DNA of 52,434 nucleotides from Parvibaculum sp. (GCA_020062605.1 JAGUWA010000058.1:1-52434), one strand, 5' to 3'; positions 18,734 to 29,293 are shown, numbered from the stretch's first letter. The notes: generated by a model from the letters alone, not told the origin. Numbers and translations: made by a program.

Positions 18734-19239
18734 TACGCAGCCTCCGGTCCGTCGTCTGTGCGACCTTGAGTCATCCGCGCTCGAGCCTCCGCTTCCGGCT
18801 GATTTTCAAGCGCCGATATTTCAATGCGGAGCTTCCTTCCATCGAATACCTCCGCCTCCACCGTCTCTCCCGGCTTCCTGCCGATAAGAGCAAGGCCCAC
18901 TGGGGTCAAAACGCTTACGTATTGCCCGTTTGGCACTTGTTGGTGACCAAGAGTCAGCAATCGACGTTGTTGAACGTCGCCATCGATGCGGTATCGCACA
19001 GTTGTACCGAGCGTGATTACATCCTCGGGCATTTCATCAGAGGGCAGGATCTGAGCTACGGACAAGAGGTGTGCGATCCATTGACGCATCGGGTTCAGCA
19101 TGTCGATTTCTTCGAATGCCGTTATTTCGAGGCGTCCATAGTCATGGGAGCTAAGCACCCGCCGGGGGTGTCTCGGTTCGTTGATTCTATTAGCTTTATA
19201 TGAAGGCAAGCGCGTTGCGCCGTTGTCCTTGTTCGACAT
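18733..19239 (-). CDS. Second Rnk/GreA-family protein
   Basis: MPEDVITLG, VSVLTPVGLALIGRKPGE, QPEA. Confidence 0.82.
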   Translation of the reverse strand: MSNKDNGATRLPSYKANRINEPRHPRRVLSSHDYGRLEITAFEEIDMLNPMRQWIAHLLSVAQILPSDEMPEDVITLGTTVRYRIDGDVQQRRLLTLGHQQVPNGQYVSVLTPVGLALIGRKPGETVEAEVFDGRKLRIEISALENQPEAEARARMTQGRTDDGPEAA

Positions 19240-19477
19240 AGCGGAATCCTCACAGCGGAACGGCGTTGCAGCCGCCCGTCTATCTAGTTCAAATTTGGTG
19301 TGAGAACGATGTCCCCGGACTTCGCGCGCGCATGCGCCGCGTCGGCCCGGGGCTAAACTCCCGCGAGCAACGTACCAGGCGCAAGAAACTGAAATTCGTT
19401 CGCGAATTGCATAAAATAAGTCTACTGCATTTCAAAAAGTTGTCAAAGTACACGGATCCTGGATCCTTTTGCGCAAA

Positions 19478-20191
19478 TCAGCGATCGATCAGCAGTTTTT
19501 GCTTCGACAGCCTCGCAATGACTTTTTGGTTGATCCGCTCGCAGCGTTCGCCGAGGAAAGGAAACGCGTCCTGCATGGTGGAGCTGAAAACTTCGTTCAG
19601 CTGAACGCGCAACTGACGGCGTGCCCGGTGTAGACGCGTCTTGACCGTCTCTGCCCTGATCCCCAGTGATGCTGCCGTCTCGTCCACAGAACAGTCCTGA
19701 ATGTCCCGAAGGACGAAGACGAGACGAAACGGCTCGGGTAGCTCGTCGACGGCATTCTCTATGAGGGTCCGTATCTGGGTGCGGGCGACCTCGGCTTCGG
19801 GATTTTCCATCACATGCGCTCCCCGAAACGGAATGACCAGCGAACCGTCCTTCTGTGCAATTTCGACCTCCGCGAGATCCACCGTTTTCTTCCGGCTCCT
19901 CAAACGTCCCCGAGCTTCGTTGATCGTGATCCTAGTCAGCCATGTCAGGAGGCTCGAGTCGCCGCGGAACGTCGAGAGCGCCTTGAATGCCTTGAAATAG
20001 CTTTCCTGCACGACATCTTCAGCTTCTGAGTCGTCCGACATTATGGCCCGGGCGACACGGAACAAGGGCTGGTTGTATCGCTGCATGATCGCGCCGAACG
20101 CGCCGCTCTCCCCCCGGCGCGCATGGGCGAGCAGATCATGCTCCTCCATGTCGGTATAGACGGGTGCAGCTTCCGCTCGGGCAGTCGGCAT
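19478..20191 (-). CDS. ECF RNA polymerase sigma factor with AFPFLGERCE C-terminal extension
   Basis: Region 2 AEDVVQE, TWLTRITINE; region 4 ETVKTRLHRAR; GGAGG RBS before ATG 20191. Confidence 0.92.
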   Translation of the reverse strand: MPTARAEAAPVYTDMEEHDLLAHARRGESGAFGAIMQRYNQPLFRVARAIMSDDSEAEDVVQESYFKAFKALSTFRGDSSLLTWLTRITINEARGRLRSRKKTVDLAEVEIAQKDGSLVIPFRGAHVMENPEAEVARTQIRTLIENAVDELPEPFRLVFVLRDIQDCSVDETAASLGIRAETVKTRLHRARRQLRVQLNEVFSSTMQDAFPFLGERCERINQKVIARLSKQKLLIDR

Positions 20192-20345
20192 AGCGTGATC
20201 CTCCCAAATAGAGATTAGATGAAAAAGAAGCGCAAAGGTTCCCGGCATCGATCCTTTTTGTGCATCGGCCGGAAAGGGATTTCGGGAACCTTGCCGTCCC
20301 TTCTCCATCAAATGGGCATTCCCATTCCCAAGAACGAGACAAGAC

Positions 20346-20993
20346 ATGCCCCTGCGCCCTCTTCTATCGACGGGCGACACCCCTGCCCTCGAAACCGCTC
20401 CCGGCAAGCGCAAATGCTTTGCGCGCCACGAACGTGTCAGCCGTGAAGAAGCCGAAGCCGCCGTGCGTACGCTGATCAACTGGGCCGGAGACGACCCCTC
20501 CCGCGAAGGTCTTGCAGATACGCCGGCCCGCGTGGTCCGCGCCTACGAAGAGTGGTTTTCCGGTTACGCACAGATGCCGGATGCCATCCTCCAGCGCACG
20601 TTCGGCGAGGTCGCCGACTACGACGAAATGATCGTGTTGCGGGACATCCCTTTCGAATCCACCTGCGAACATCACATGGCGTCCATCCGCGGCGTTGCCC
20701 ATGTCGCCTATCTGCCGAGAGAACGCGTTGTCGGCATCTCGAAGCTCGCACGCCTGGTCGATGCCTATGCGCGCCGGCTCCAGATACAGGAGCGTCTGAC
20801 GGCCGAAATTGCGGGCACGATAGACAAGGTGCTCAAACCTCGCGGCGTAGCGGTGATCATCGAAGCCGATCACGCATGCATGACCTCTCGCGGCGTTCGA
20901 AAACATGATGGCTCTCTCGTCACCCGGTCGTTCAAGGGCGCTTACAAGAATGAACTCGCCCGCCGCGAGGTGCTGAAAGCCCTGGGTGTTTGA
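20346..20993 (+). CDS. folE: GTP cyclohydrolase I
   Basis: [32 protein letters not shown]. Confidence 0.95.
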   Translation: MPLRPLLSTGDTPALETAPGKRKCFARHERVSREEAEAAVRTLINWAGDDPSREGLADTPARVVRAYEEWFSGYAQMPDAILQRTFGEVADYDEMIVLRDIPFESTCEHHMASIRGVAHVAYLPRERVVGISKLARLVDAYARRLQIQERLTAEIAGTIDKVLKPRGVAVIIEADHACMTSRGVRKHDGSLVTRSFKGAYKNELARREVLKALGV

Positions 20994-21078
20994 CAGCACC
21001 CGATACGGGAACCTTTTCCGCAATGCCCCATCAAATGAATATGCCCGCAACCGGGCAATATTCATCGGGAGACGAACC

Positions 21079-21600
21079 ATGCTTAAACAAACGGCAATTG
21101 CCTTCATCTTTTCACTCGTGAGCACGATATCCCTGGCGCAGGAAGCACCGCAGCTGAATGACGCGCAGATCGCGCATATCGCCTATACCGCCGGACAAAT
21201 CGATGTGTCCGCCGCGAAACTCGCGCTCGAAAAAAGCGAAGACCCGAAAGTGCGTTCCTTCGCCGAGCTGATGGAGAGCGATCACAGCGCCGTCAACGAG
21301 GAAGCGCTCGCGCTTATGAGCCGCCTGAACGTCACGCCGGAGGAAAATGCGGTCAGCTCTTCGCTCGCCAGTCAGGCCCTTGAAGCCGAACAGCGCCTCC
21401 GCTCGCTGTCGGGCGGTGAATTCGACCGGGCCTATGTCGAAAACGAAGTCGCATATCACCAAGCCGTGAACGACGCGCTCAAAAGCGTTCTCATCCCCAA
21501 TGCGCAGAACAGCGAGCTGAAGTCGCTTCTCGAGACGGGACTTGCCCTGTTTCAGGAGCATCAGAGCCATGCGGAACACCTGCTTCACGAGATGAAGTAA
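21079..21600 (+). CDS. DUF4142-like periplasmic ferritin-like protein
   Basis: Signal peptide; VRSFAELM..DH, FDRAYVENEVAYH, H..HA. Confidence 0.85.
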   Translation: MLKQTAIAFIFSLVSTISLAQEAPQLNDAQIAHIAYTAGQIDVSAAKLALEKSEDPKVRSFAELMESDHSAVNEEALALMSRLNVTPEENAVSSSLASQALEAEQRLRSLSGGEFDRAYVENEVAYHQAVNDALKSVLIPNAQNSELKSLLETGLALFQEHQSHAEHLLHEMK

Positions 21601-21602
21601 CC

Positions 21603-21935
21603 GTGCGCCTCATTTCTCGTCGAACGATGCTGGCGATATTGGCAGGAGTGACCTTCACTCCCGCCGTCGCCGCGCGTGCCGACGCACAGCTTCATGTGAT
21701 CGAGATCGACAAGATGAAATTCGGCGCCGCGCCTGCCGAGATTCATGTCGGAGATACGATTGTCTGGAAGAACATCGATCTCGTGAAACATACCGCGACG
21801 GCGCGCGACGGATCGTTCGACATCGATCTTCCGCGCAAGTCGCAGGACAGCATGATCGTCAAAACGCCGGGTACGGTGGAAGTCTATTGCCGGTACCATC
21901 CGGGCATGGTCATGACGCTTGTGGTCACGGCGTGA
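21603..21935 (+). CDS. Cupredoxin (amicyanin/plastocyanin-like)
   Basis: RR signal peptide, W.N.D...HTAT, YCRYHPGM type-1 Cu ligands. Confidence 0.88.
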   Translation: MRLISRRTMLAILAGVTFTPAVAARADAQLHVIEIDKMKFGAAPAEIHVGDTIVWKNIDLVKHTATARDGSFDIDLPRKSQDSMIVKTPGTVEVYCRYHPGMVMTLVVTA

Positions 21936-21946
21936 CAAGCGCCCTG

Positions 21947-21976
21947 TCGCCCGGAGGAACAGTCTCCTCCGGGCGA
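21947..21976. terminator. Hairpin between convergent cupredoxin and metB genes
   Basis: TCGCCCGGAGGA-6 nt-TCCTCCGGGCGA perfect 12-bp stem. Confidence 0.7.
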
Positions 21977-21994
21977 ACAATGCTTTCTTGCAGA

Positions 21995-23161
21995 TCAGCA
22001 GGCAGCGAGACCGCATTGCAATCCTGCAATGAGGTCGCTCTCCGCTTCTAGGCCGACCGACAACCTCAAGAGCGTTTCCTTTATGCCTGCCCTGCCCCGG
22101 GCTTCCTCCCCCATATCGGCGTGGGTCATTGTCGCGGGGTGCGAGACGAGGCTTTCGACACCGCCAAGCGATTCCGCGAGCGTGAAGAATTTGACCGCTT
22201 CGATGAACCGCCGGACCTTGTCCACGCCGCCTTCAAGCTCGAAGCTCAGCATCGCGCCGAACCCCTTTTGCTGGCGACGCGCGATGCCGTGCGTGTCGTG
22301 GCTCTCAAGGCCCGGGTAATAGACTTTCGAAACGGCGGGGTGATCCGCCAGATAGCGCGCAATGGACATGGCGTTCGCCTGCTGCTGACGCATCCGCGGA
22401 TAGAGCGTTCTCAGGCCCCGCAGCGTCAGCCACGCATCGAAAGGCGCGCCGCAGCTTCCAACGGCATTAGACCAGTATGCCAATTCTTCGGCCTGCCCGG
22501 GATCGGCGGCGATCACGGCGCCACCAACAATGTCGGAATGGCCATTCAGATATTTTGTGGTCGAATGGATGGCGAGATCCGCACCGAGTTCTAGCGGACG
22601 CTGGCAAGCGGGCGACAGGAAGGTGTTGTCGACGGCAACCTTCGCCTCCGCCTCATGCGCAAGCGCCGCGAGCGCGGCAATGTCAACGACCCGCATCATC
22701 GGGTTGCTTGGTGTTTCCACGATCATCAGAGCCGGACGGTCCTCCAGTGCGCGCCCGACTTCGCGCATATCGCCCTGATCGACGAAGCATACCCGAAGCT
22801 GACCGAGCCCGGCGCGGGCCTTCAAAAGGCGCATGGTGCCGCCATAGCAATCGTGAGGCGCCAGAACCAGGTCGTTCGGACGGAGACGGCCGACCAGAAG
22901 ATCGATCGCAGCCATGCCGCTCGAAGTGATGACGGCGCCGGCACCGCCTTCAAGAGCGGCCAGGGCCTTCGCGAGCATGTCGCGGGTAGGATTTCCAGCA
23001 CGCCCGTAATCATAGGGGCCCTGCTGCTCATATCCCGCGAAGGCGTAGGTGCTGGATAGATAGAGCGGCGGCACAACGGCGGCGTAGGAAGGATCGCTCG
23101 CAACGCCATAGGACGACGCGATCGTTTCCGGTTCGGGACCGTCGGCGTCTCCGTCAGTCAT
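21995..23161 (-). CDS. metB: Cystathionine gamma-synthase
   Basis: NPTR, SSGMAAI, DCYGGT, ETPSNP, VDNTF, HSTTKYLNGHSD, LAESLGGVESL. Confidence 0.92.
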   Translation of the reverse strand: MTDGDADGPEPETIASSYGVASDPSYAAVVPPLYLSSTYAFAGYEQQGPYDYGRAGNPTRDMLAKALAALEGGAGAVITSSGMAAIDLLVGRLRPNDLVLAPHDCYGGTMRLLKARAGLGQLRVCFVDQGDMREVGRALEDRPALMIVETPSNPMMRVVDIAALAALAHEAEAKVAVDNTFLSPACQRPLELGADLAIHSTTKYLNGHSDIVGGAVIAADPGQAEELAYWSNAVGSCGAPFDAWLTLRGLRTLYPRMRQQQANAMSIARYLADHPAVSKVYYPGLESHDTHGIARRQQKGFGAMLSFELEGGVDKVRRFIEAVKFFTLAESLGGVESLVSHPATMTHADMGEEARGRAGIKETLLRLSVGLEAESDLIAGLQCGLAAC

Positions 23162-24869
23162 TGAAGAACCGCCCCTCGGTTACTTCGCGAACGATTCCGG
23201 CGTGGATACAGAAATCGCCGAACCGTTCGCCCACCTTGCGTTCGCGCGCATAGCGGCCGATGGCATCGTCCAGCACTTCCAGAATGGCGGGCTCGGCGAC
23301 ATTCTCCCGGATCATCCGGTTCAGGCGCTCGCCGTGAAAACCGCCCCCGAGATAGAGATTGTATTTTCCCGGCGCGCGTCCCGTGAGCGCGATCTCGGCG
23401 ATGTAGGGCCGCGAGCAGCCATTGGGGCAGCCGCTCGTCCTGATTGTTATCGCCTCATCGCCCAGACCATGCCGCGCGACGATCTCCTCGATCTTCGTCA
23501 GAAGCTCGGGCAGATAGCGCTCGCTTTCCGCCATGGCAAGGCCGCAGGTCGGCAGGGCAACACAGGCTATGGCATTCTTGCGAAGTGTCGAAATGCCCCT
23601 TTCGGACAGGCCATGCGCGTGAAGCAGCGATTCAATGCTTTCCTTTTCGCCCTCCTCCACTCCCGCGATCACGAGGTTCTGGTTCGGCGTCAGACGGAAG
23701 GTACCCTTGTGTACGTGTGCAATATCCCGAAAGGCATCGAGCAGACGAAGGGTCAGGCGGCCGCTCTGCACGAAAACGGTTCGGTGATGGCGTCCGTCGG
23801 GCGTCGTGTTCCAGCCGAAGCTGTCTCCGTTGGTAGTGAATTCAAACGGGCGCGCTTCCTCAAACGCGGCGCCCATGTTCTTTTCGATCTCGGCCTTGAT
23901 CCAGTCCAGCCCCTTGTCGTCGATCGTGTATTTGAAGCGGGCGTGCAGACGGTCTTTCCGGTCGCCATAGTCGCGCTGAACCGCCATCACCGCATCCGAA
24001 CAGGCGACGACACGCTCGACGGGCACAAAGCCGATCAGACTTGCAAGGCGCGGATAGGTATGTGGCGCTTGATCGGTTCGTCCCATGCCGCCGCCGATGA
24101 CCACGTTGAAGCCTTCGAGGCCGTCGGGGCCGCCAATGGCAATGAAGCCGAGATCCTGCGCATAGACATCGATGTCGTTGGACGGAGGAAGCGCAAAGCC
24201 GATCTTGAACTTTCGCGGCATATAGGTCCGGCCATAGAAGGGCTCTTCCGGTTCGGACGAGGCGACCCGTTCATCTCCGTACCAGATTTCATGATAGGCG
24301 CGCGTCTTGGGGATGACGTGATCGCTTACGCGCTTCGCCATCGCCGCAACTTCGGCGTGAAAGAGCGAACTTTGGGGGTCGACGGTGCACATCACGCCGC
24401 GGCTGTCGTCGCCGCAAGCGGCAACCGTGTCCAGCAGGGTCTCGTGCAGACCGCAAATGATGGGGCGCAGGCTGTCTTTCAGAACCCAGTGAAACTGAAA
24501 GGTCTGCCGCGTCGTCAGCCTCAATGTCTCACCGCCATGCGCGCGCGCAAGCTCATCCATTTTCAGCCATTGCGCTGAAGTGCAGACGCCTCCCGGAAGC
24601 CGGACGCGGATCATGAACTGATAGGCCGGTTCGAGCTTCTGCCGCCGCCGTTCGTCTCTCAGATCGCGGTCGTCCTGCTGATAGATTCCGTGAAACTTCA
24701 TCAGCTTCACGTCGTCCGGCGAGGGAACGGCCCCCGTTATCCTGTCCAGAAGTCCTTCGGCAATCGTACCCCGGAGATAGTCGCTCGCAGCCTTCATCCG
24801 CTCGTCGGCGCTCAAGCGGTCGAGAGATTGAGAAAGGTCGTGGCTGCGATCGACGGAGTTTGTGGTCAT
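23154..24869 (-). CDS. cysI: NADPH sulfite reductase hemoprotein
   Basis: KFHGIYQQDDRD, TTRQ, PRKFK, CVALPTC, SGCPNGC. Confidence 0.96.
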   Translation of the reverse strand: MTTNSVDRSHDLSQSLDRLSADERMKAASDYLRGTIAEGLLDRITGAVPSPDDVKLMKFHGIYQQDDRDLRDERRRQKLEPAYQFMIRVRLPGGVCTSAQWLKMDELARAHGGETLRLTTRQTFQFHWVLKDSLRPIICGLHETLLDTVAACGDDSRGVMCTVDPQSSLFHAEVAAMAKRVSDHVIPKTRAYHEIWYGDERVASSEPEEPFYGRTYMPRKFKIGFALPPSNDIDVYAQDLGFIAIGGPDGLEGFNVVIGGGMGRTDQAPHTYPRLASLIGFVPVERVVACSDAVMAVQRDYGDRKDRLHARFKYTIDDKGLDWIKAEIEKNMGAAFEEARPFEFTTNGDSFGWNTTPDGRHHRTVFVQSGRLTLRLLDAFRDIAHVHKGTFRLTPNQNLVIAGVEEGEKESIESLLHAHGLSERGISTLRKNAIACVALPTCGLAMAESERYLPELLTKIEEIVARHGLGDEAITIRTSGCPNGCSRPYIAEIALTGRAPGKYNLYLGGGFHGERLNRMIRENVAEPAILEVLDDAIGRYARERKVGERFGDFCIHAGIVREVTEGRFFND

Positions 24870-24878
24870 TATATTGCC

Positions 24879-26681
24879 TCAATAGACGTCGCGCTGATAG
24901 CGGTGATCCGATTGCAGGGAGCGGACATAATCTTCGGCGGCATCGCGGCCGCTATGTCCCTCGGAAGCGACGATATCGATCAGCGCCTGGTGCACATCGG
25001 GTGCGAGATTGGCCGCATCGCCGCACACATAGACATGAGCCCCCTCCTCCAGCCAGGAGAACACTTCGCGGGAGCGCTCCTTGAGCCGATGCTGAACATA
25101 GGTTTTTTCGCTGCGATCGCGCGAAAACGCCACATCCATGCGCGTGAGCGTTCCGTCTTTCAGCCAGCCTTGCCATTCCGTCTGATAAAGGAAATCGGTG
25201 CGGAAATTTCGCTCGCCGAAGAACAGCCAGCTCCGGCCCGTGGCGCCGCGGGCTTCCCGCTCTTGAAGAAAGGCGCGATAGGGAGCAACGCCCGTGCCCG
25301 CGCCAATCATAATCGCGGGAACATCGTCGGCCGGCAGCCGGAAATGGGCGTTGCCCTGGATATAGACGGGCAAGAGATCGTCGGCTGCGACACGATCTGC
25401 AAGCAGGCTGGAGGCAACGCCTCCCCTCGGCTCTCCATGCAACTCGTAGCGCACGGGAGCGACCGTCAGATGAGCTTCGTCCGGCGCGGCAGCAAGGCTC
25501 GACGCCAGCGAATAGAGGCGAGGCTGGAGCGGGCGTAGTGCGCTCAACAGCCCTTGCGGCATGACATCGGAAACCGGAAAGCGGCGCACGATGTCGACGA
25601 TATGATGGGTATGAAGAAAGACGGAACGTTCTCCGGCGCGGTCTTCGTTCTGAAGCGATTTGAGTTCCGCCGAGTTACTCAACATGGCCCAGTAGTCGAG
25701 GAAACGAGGTGTCGCGGCCGTTACCTCGAAACGATGCGTCAGCGCTTCGCCGAGGGTCGTGTGCGCCCCTTTGAACTCGACCGTCTCTTCGGGGGCGAGC
25801 GACAAGGCCTGAAGCAATGTTTCGACGACGGCCGGATCGTTCGACGCGGCAATGCCCAGCGCATCTCCCGGTTCGTAAGCGAGCCCCGAACCTTCGAGAG
25901 AGAATTCGATATGCCGCGTTTCCTTCGTCGATCCCCGGCCGACGATGACAATGTTTTCAAGCACCCTGGCCTGAAACGGATTTTTCTTGCTGTAGCTCGC
26001 GGCGGGAGATGCGGCAGGTGTTTCCGGTCGCGCGGTGGAAACGGAAACCGTACTCGCTTCCGCTGCCAGAAATTCGACTATCCTGTCCGTCCAGCTGGCG
26101 GCGGGCTCCTCGTAATCGACATCGCAATCGACGCGGGGCTCGATCCTAGTCGCGCCAAGCTCCTCGAAGCGGGCATCGAGCCGCTTTCCCGCCTGGCAGT
26201 AGAATTCGTAGGTGGAGTCGCCGAGCGCGAGGACCGCAAACCGGGCACCATTGAGTTTCGGCGCCTTGCGGCTCTCCACAAACTCAAAAAATCCCACGGC
26301 AGGTTGTGGCGGGTCTCCTTCGCCATATGTGCTGACGATAATCAGGATATCCTCTTCCTGACCGAGTTGCCGAACCTTGTATTCGGCCATGTCGGTCAGT
26401 GTGTTCGCGACCCCTTTCGCCTGCAGAGCTTCGGAAAGGGCTTTTGCAATGTCGGCGGCATTTCCGGTTTCCGTTCCATAGAGGATGGAAAGCTTGCGCG
26501 CCGATGCGGCCACAGGCTCCGTCGTACCGGCTTGCCTGGACGAAGCGAGGCCCGCCTCCAGTCCCGCGAAGTATCCGCTGAGCCAGCGGGCTTCTTCAGG
26601 CCCGATTGTCTGGAGCAATTCCTGAACAAGGAGCGATTGTTCAGGGGTCAGCATCTTTCCCGGGGACTCGGATCGGGTCAC
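24879..26681 (-). CDS. cysJ: NADPH sulfite reductase flavoprotein
   Basis: WLSGY, YGTETGNA, STYGEG, RLYS, GAGTGVAP, YVCG, terminal RYQRDVY. Confidence 0.96.
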   Translation of the reverse strand: MTRSESPGKMLTPEQSLLVQELLQTIGPEEARWLSGYFAGLEAGLASSRQAGTTEPVAASARKLSILYGTETGNAADIAKALSEALQAKGVANTLTDMAEYKVRQLGQEEDILIIVSTYGEGDPPQPAVGFFEFVESRKAPKLNGARFAVLALGDSTYEFYCQAGKRLDARFEELGATRIEPRVDCDVDYEEPAASWTDRIVEFLAAEASTVSVSTARPETPAASPAASYSKKNPFQARVLENIVIVGRGSTKETRHIEFSLEGSGLAYEPGDALGIAASNDPAVVETLLQALSLAPEETVEFKGAHTTLGEALTHRFEVTAATPRFLDYWAMLSNSAELKSLQNEDRAGERSVFLHTHHIVDIVRRFPVSDVMPQGLLSALRPLQPRLYSLASSLAAAPDEAHLTVAPVRYELHGEPRGGVASSLLADRVAADDLLPVYIQGNAHFRLPADDVPAIMIGAGTGVAPYRAFLQEREARGATGRSWLFFGERNFRTDFLYQTEWQGWLKDGTLTRMDVAFSRDRSEKTYVQHRLKERSREVFSWLEEGAHVYVCGDAANLAPDVHQALIDIVASEGHSGRDAAEDYVRSLQSDHRYQRDVY

Positions 26682-26883
26682 GTTGCATCTACCTCAGCAG
26701 TTGGCTCCCCCTCCCCTGCGCCTCTGCCCGCTCATTCGGGCAGACCGGGTGCTGTTTTCGTGAAGCCGTTTCGCTAGGCGCAGATGTGCGTGGTTTGCTT
26801 TCACAAGACAAACGCATATTGTTTTTGTTTCTAAGCAATTTCTTGAATACCAACGGCGTTCCGCTTCGGAAGCGGAGCCGGAT

Positions 26884-27396
26884 TCAGCCGTTGGACGGCG
26901 TATCACCACCGGCATTCGGCCCGTTCTTCAGAAAGCTGTCCGTCAGGCCAATGTTGACTTCATGGCTCTCGAGCATGGCTTTCAAATCCCGATGCAGTTC
27001 GTCGCTCCGAACCCGGGGCATCAGTTCCCGCAGCTTTCGCACCACCCAAGATTGTCCGCGGTTCAGAAAATGCAGCCGGTCGTGGAGATCGCCGATCGCC
27101 ATGGCCTTTCCGAAAAACGCACCGCATTTCAGCGACGGCGAACCGCCAGCCTTGCGGATGTGCCGGAAAAGCATGGCGCACCACCGGACTTCATCGTCAC
27201 GAACGGCCCTCAGCAATGCAAGCTCGTCTTCATTCGCCAGTCCCTTTGCGCTTGCAAGCGCAACGCGCGCACCCGCACGTTCCGCTTCCAGCAATTCATT
27301 CAGGGCATCAACTATTTCCTCGCGCGGCGCGAAGCCCATATAGGCGTCATCGGCCTCCGCCGCATAACAGGCCGGGGAAGAAGGTTCATCCGTCAT
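26884..27396 (-). CDS. Ferritin-like protein (DUF6306-like)
   Basis: LNELLEAERAG, DEVRWC, FLNRGQ.WV, M..SH..N; overlaps the LysR gene. Confidence 0.7.
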   Translation of the reverse strand: MTDEPSSPACYAAEADDAYMGFAPREEIVDALNELLEAERAGARVALASAKGLANEDELALLRAVRDDEVRWCAMLFRHIRKAGGSPSLKCGAFFGKAMAIGDLHDRLHFLNRGQSWVVRKLRELMPRVRSDELHRDLKAMLESHEVNIGLTDSFLKNGPNAGGDTPSNG

Positions 27397-28241
27397 ACCG
27401 CGATCTCCGCCGCCGCGCGCAGGCCGCTGCGAATGCGCGCCATCACGCCAGGATCAGCTTTTGTCGAATGCACCACATAGGCCGAGTACGAGAATTCGGG
27501 ACTGTCCGGCACGAGCGCGAGGCGGCCCTCCTCCAGATAGGACCGGATAAACCCCTTGCGGAAATAGCCGCTTCCTCCCGTGGCCAGAATATATTCAAGC
27601 GCCAGCGGTCCGTAGCTGATCGAGACAACGGGGTTCGGCTGGTCGGGAAAGGCGGCCTGATAGCTCGCGGCAAACTCCTCCCCCCAGTCGATCCGGACAT
27701 GGTCTTCCGGCGCGAGAGGCCTGTTCGCCGGTGTTGTCCGCACGAAGACGAGCTTCTCCTCGAACAGAAGTTCGGCGATCACGCCGGGCCTGCTCTGCGC
27801 GGCATAGATCACCGCAACGTCGAGCGAGCCGTCCTGAACCTGCTCCATCAGGCGCTCGGACATATCGATCTGTGTACTAACGGCAATCTCCGGGCACTCC
27901 CTGCGCATCCATAGCAGCCAGTGACGCAGCAGCGGGCTCCACAGGCTGAGCTCAGCCCCGATGGTAACTACTGTATCCCTACCTGGTGGCAGGGCGACGG
28001 CATGGCGTGCGCGGTCCCATACTTGAACAAGCGTGGTGGCAAAACGCAGAAACTGTTCTCCGGCAGGTGTCAACTTCGCGCCCGCCTTATTGCGCACGAA
28101 AACCGGACGGTCGAGCCGGTCCTCCAGAACGCGTATGCGCGCGCTCACGGCCGTCTGCGTTAGATTCAGGTTGTTCGCAGCACCAACAAAACTGCCAGTC
28201 TTCACGACTTCGAGAAAGGTCCGCGCGACATCGATATCCAT
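27393..28241 (-). CDS. LysR-family regulator
   Basis: GSF..AA..L.LTQTAVS.RIR.LE..L...FVR...G..LTPAG. Confidence 0.95.
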   Translation of the reverse strand: MDIDVARTFLEVVKTGSFVGAANNLNLTQTAVSARIRVLEDRLDRPVFVRNKAGAKLTPAGEQFLRFATTLVQVWDRARHAVALPPGRDTVVTIGAELSLWSPLLRHWLLWMRRECPEIAVSTQIDMSERLMEQVQDGSLDVAVIYAAQSRPGVIAELLFEEKLVFVRTTPANRPLAPEDHVRIDWGEEFAASYQAAFPDQPNPVVSISYGPLALEYILATGGSGYFRKGFIRSYLEEGRLALVPDSPEFSYSAYVVHSTKADPGVMARIRSGLRAAAEIAV

Positions 28242-28308
28242 CCCTCAACATCTTTCATTTTATTTCATAATTATATTCATTTGCTTGCTCTTCTTTCGCA
28301 AGTGAATA

Positions 28309-28578
28309 GTGGAGACAGATGGTCATGTGAAGCGAAGCAATCTGATGACGAAACGGAATCCAAGATCGCCTACCGACCATTTTCCTTGGCGGTTTGTCAT
28401 CTATTGGATTGCGGCATCGGCTGTTACAACTATCTCCGTTCGCGCCATGGTCCGCATTTTTGTAGCCACTGGGGCCATCCAAGAAGCTGATGCCAACTTT
28501 GCTACGCTCATGGCTCTTCCCGTCGCATTCTTGGTTGTTGTGCTATTGCGCCCGAGAAGCACCGATCCTGACACATAA
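28309..28578 (+). CDS. Small two-TM hypothetical protein
   Basis: Two hydrophobic stretches; fills the gap before prx; start uncertain. Confidence 0.4.
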   Translation: METDGHVKRSNLMTKRNPRSPTDHFPWRFVIYWIAASAVTTISVRAMVRIFVATGAIQEADANFATLMALPVAFLVVVLLRPRSTDPDT

Positions 28579-28666
28579 AATATATTGTTCTTATACCGTA
28601 ATAACATTCTCTTGTTTGCGGCTTAGTACGGCTGCATTTTAACCGCGTCGCCCAAAGGAGTTTCCC

Positions 28667-29293
28667 ATGACAATTCAGCTCGGACAGATCGCGCCAGACT
28701 TCGAACAAGACAGCACCCATGGCCGGATCAACTTCCACGACTGGAAAGGGTCCAGTTGGTGCGTTTTTTTCAGCCACCCCAAGAATTTCACGCCTGTCTG
28801 CACGACCGAGCTCGGTGAAGTAGCGCGTCTACGTCCCGAGTGGGACAAGCGCAATGTGAAGCCAATCGGGCTGTCGGTGGACCCGGTCGAGGCCCATCAC
28901 AAATGGGAAGATGACATTGCGGAAACGCAGGGACACGCGCTCGACTTTCCGATGATCGCAGATCCAGACGGGCGCGTATCGAAGCTCTACGACATGATCC
29001 ATCCCGAAAGCGACCCTACGGTGACCGTTCGCTCCGTTTTTGTCATCGATCCATCGCGCAAGATTCGACTGATACTGACTTATCCTCCCAGCACCGGACG
29101 AAACTTCGCGGAGATACTTCGCGCCATCGACAGCCTTCAGTTGACAGACTCGCGCAGCATTGCGACGCCGGTAAACTGGGAGCCAGGACGGGCCGTGGTC
29201 ATTTCGCCGAAGCTCTCCGAGGAAGAAGCTACGAGACAGTTTCCGCAGGGCTACAAAACGCTGAAGCCGTATCTGCGCATGGTCGATCTTTAG
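28667..29293 (+). CDS. 1-Cys peroxiredoxin (Prx6/LsfA-like)
   Basis: FSHPKNFTPVCTTE, TGRNF.EI.R, terminal PYLR. Confidence 0.95.
   Translation: MTIQLGQIAPDFEQDSTHGRINFHDWKGSSWCVFFSHPKNFTPVCTTELGEVARLRPEWDKRNVKPIGLSVDPVEAHHKWEDDIAETQGHALDFPMIADPDGRVSKLYDMIHPESDPTVTVRSVFVIDPSRKIRLILTYPPSTGRNFAEILRAIDSLQLTDSRSIATPVNWEPGRAVVISPKLSEEEATRQFPQGYKTLKPYLRMVDL

Noticed and set aside
26682-26880. SAM or SAM-SAH riboswitch in the cysJ leader
   Set aside because: Hairpins and an AACGGCTTC fragment are present on the minus strand, but I cannot match the full consensus; needs an Rfam/Infernal scan.
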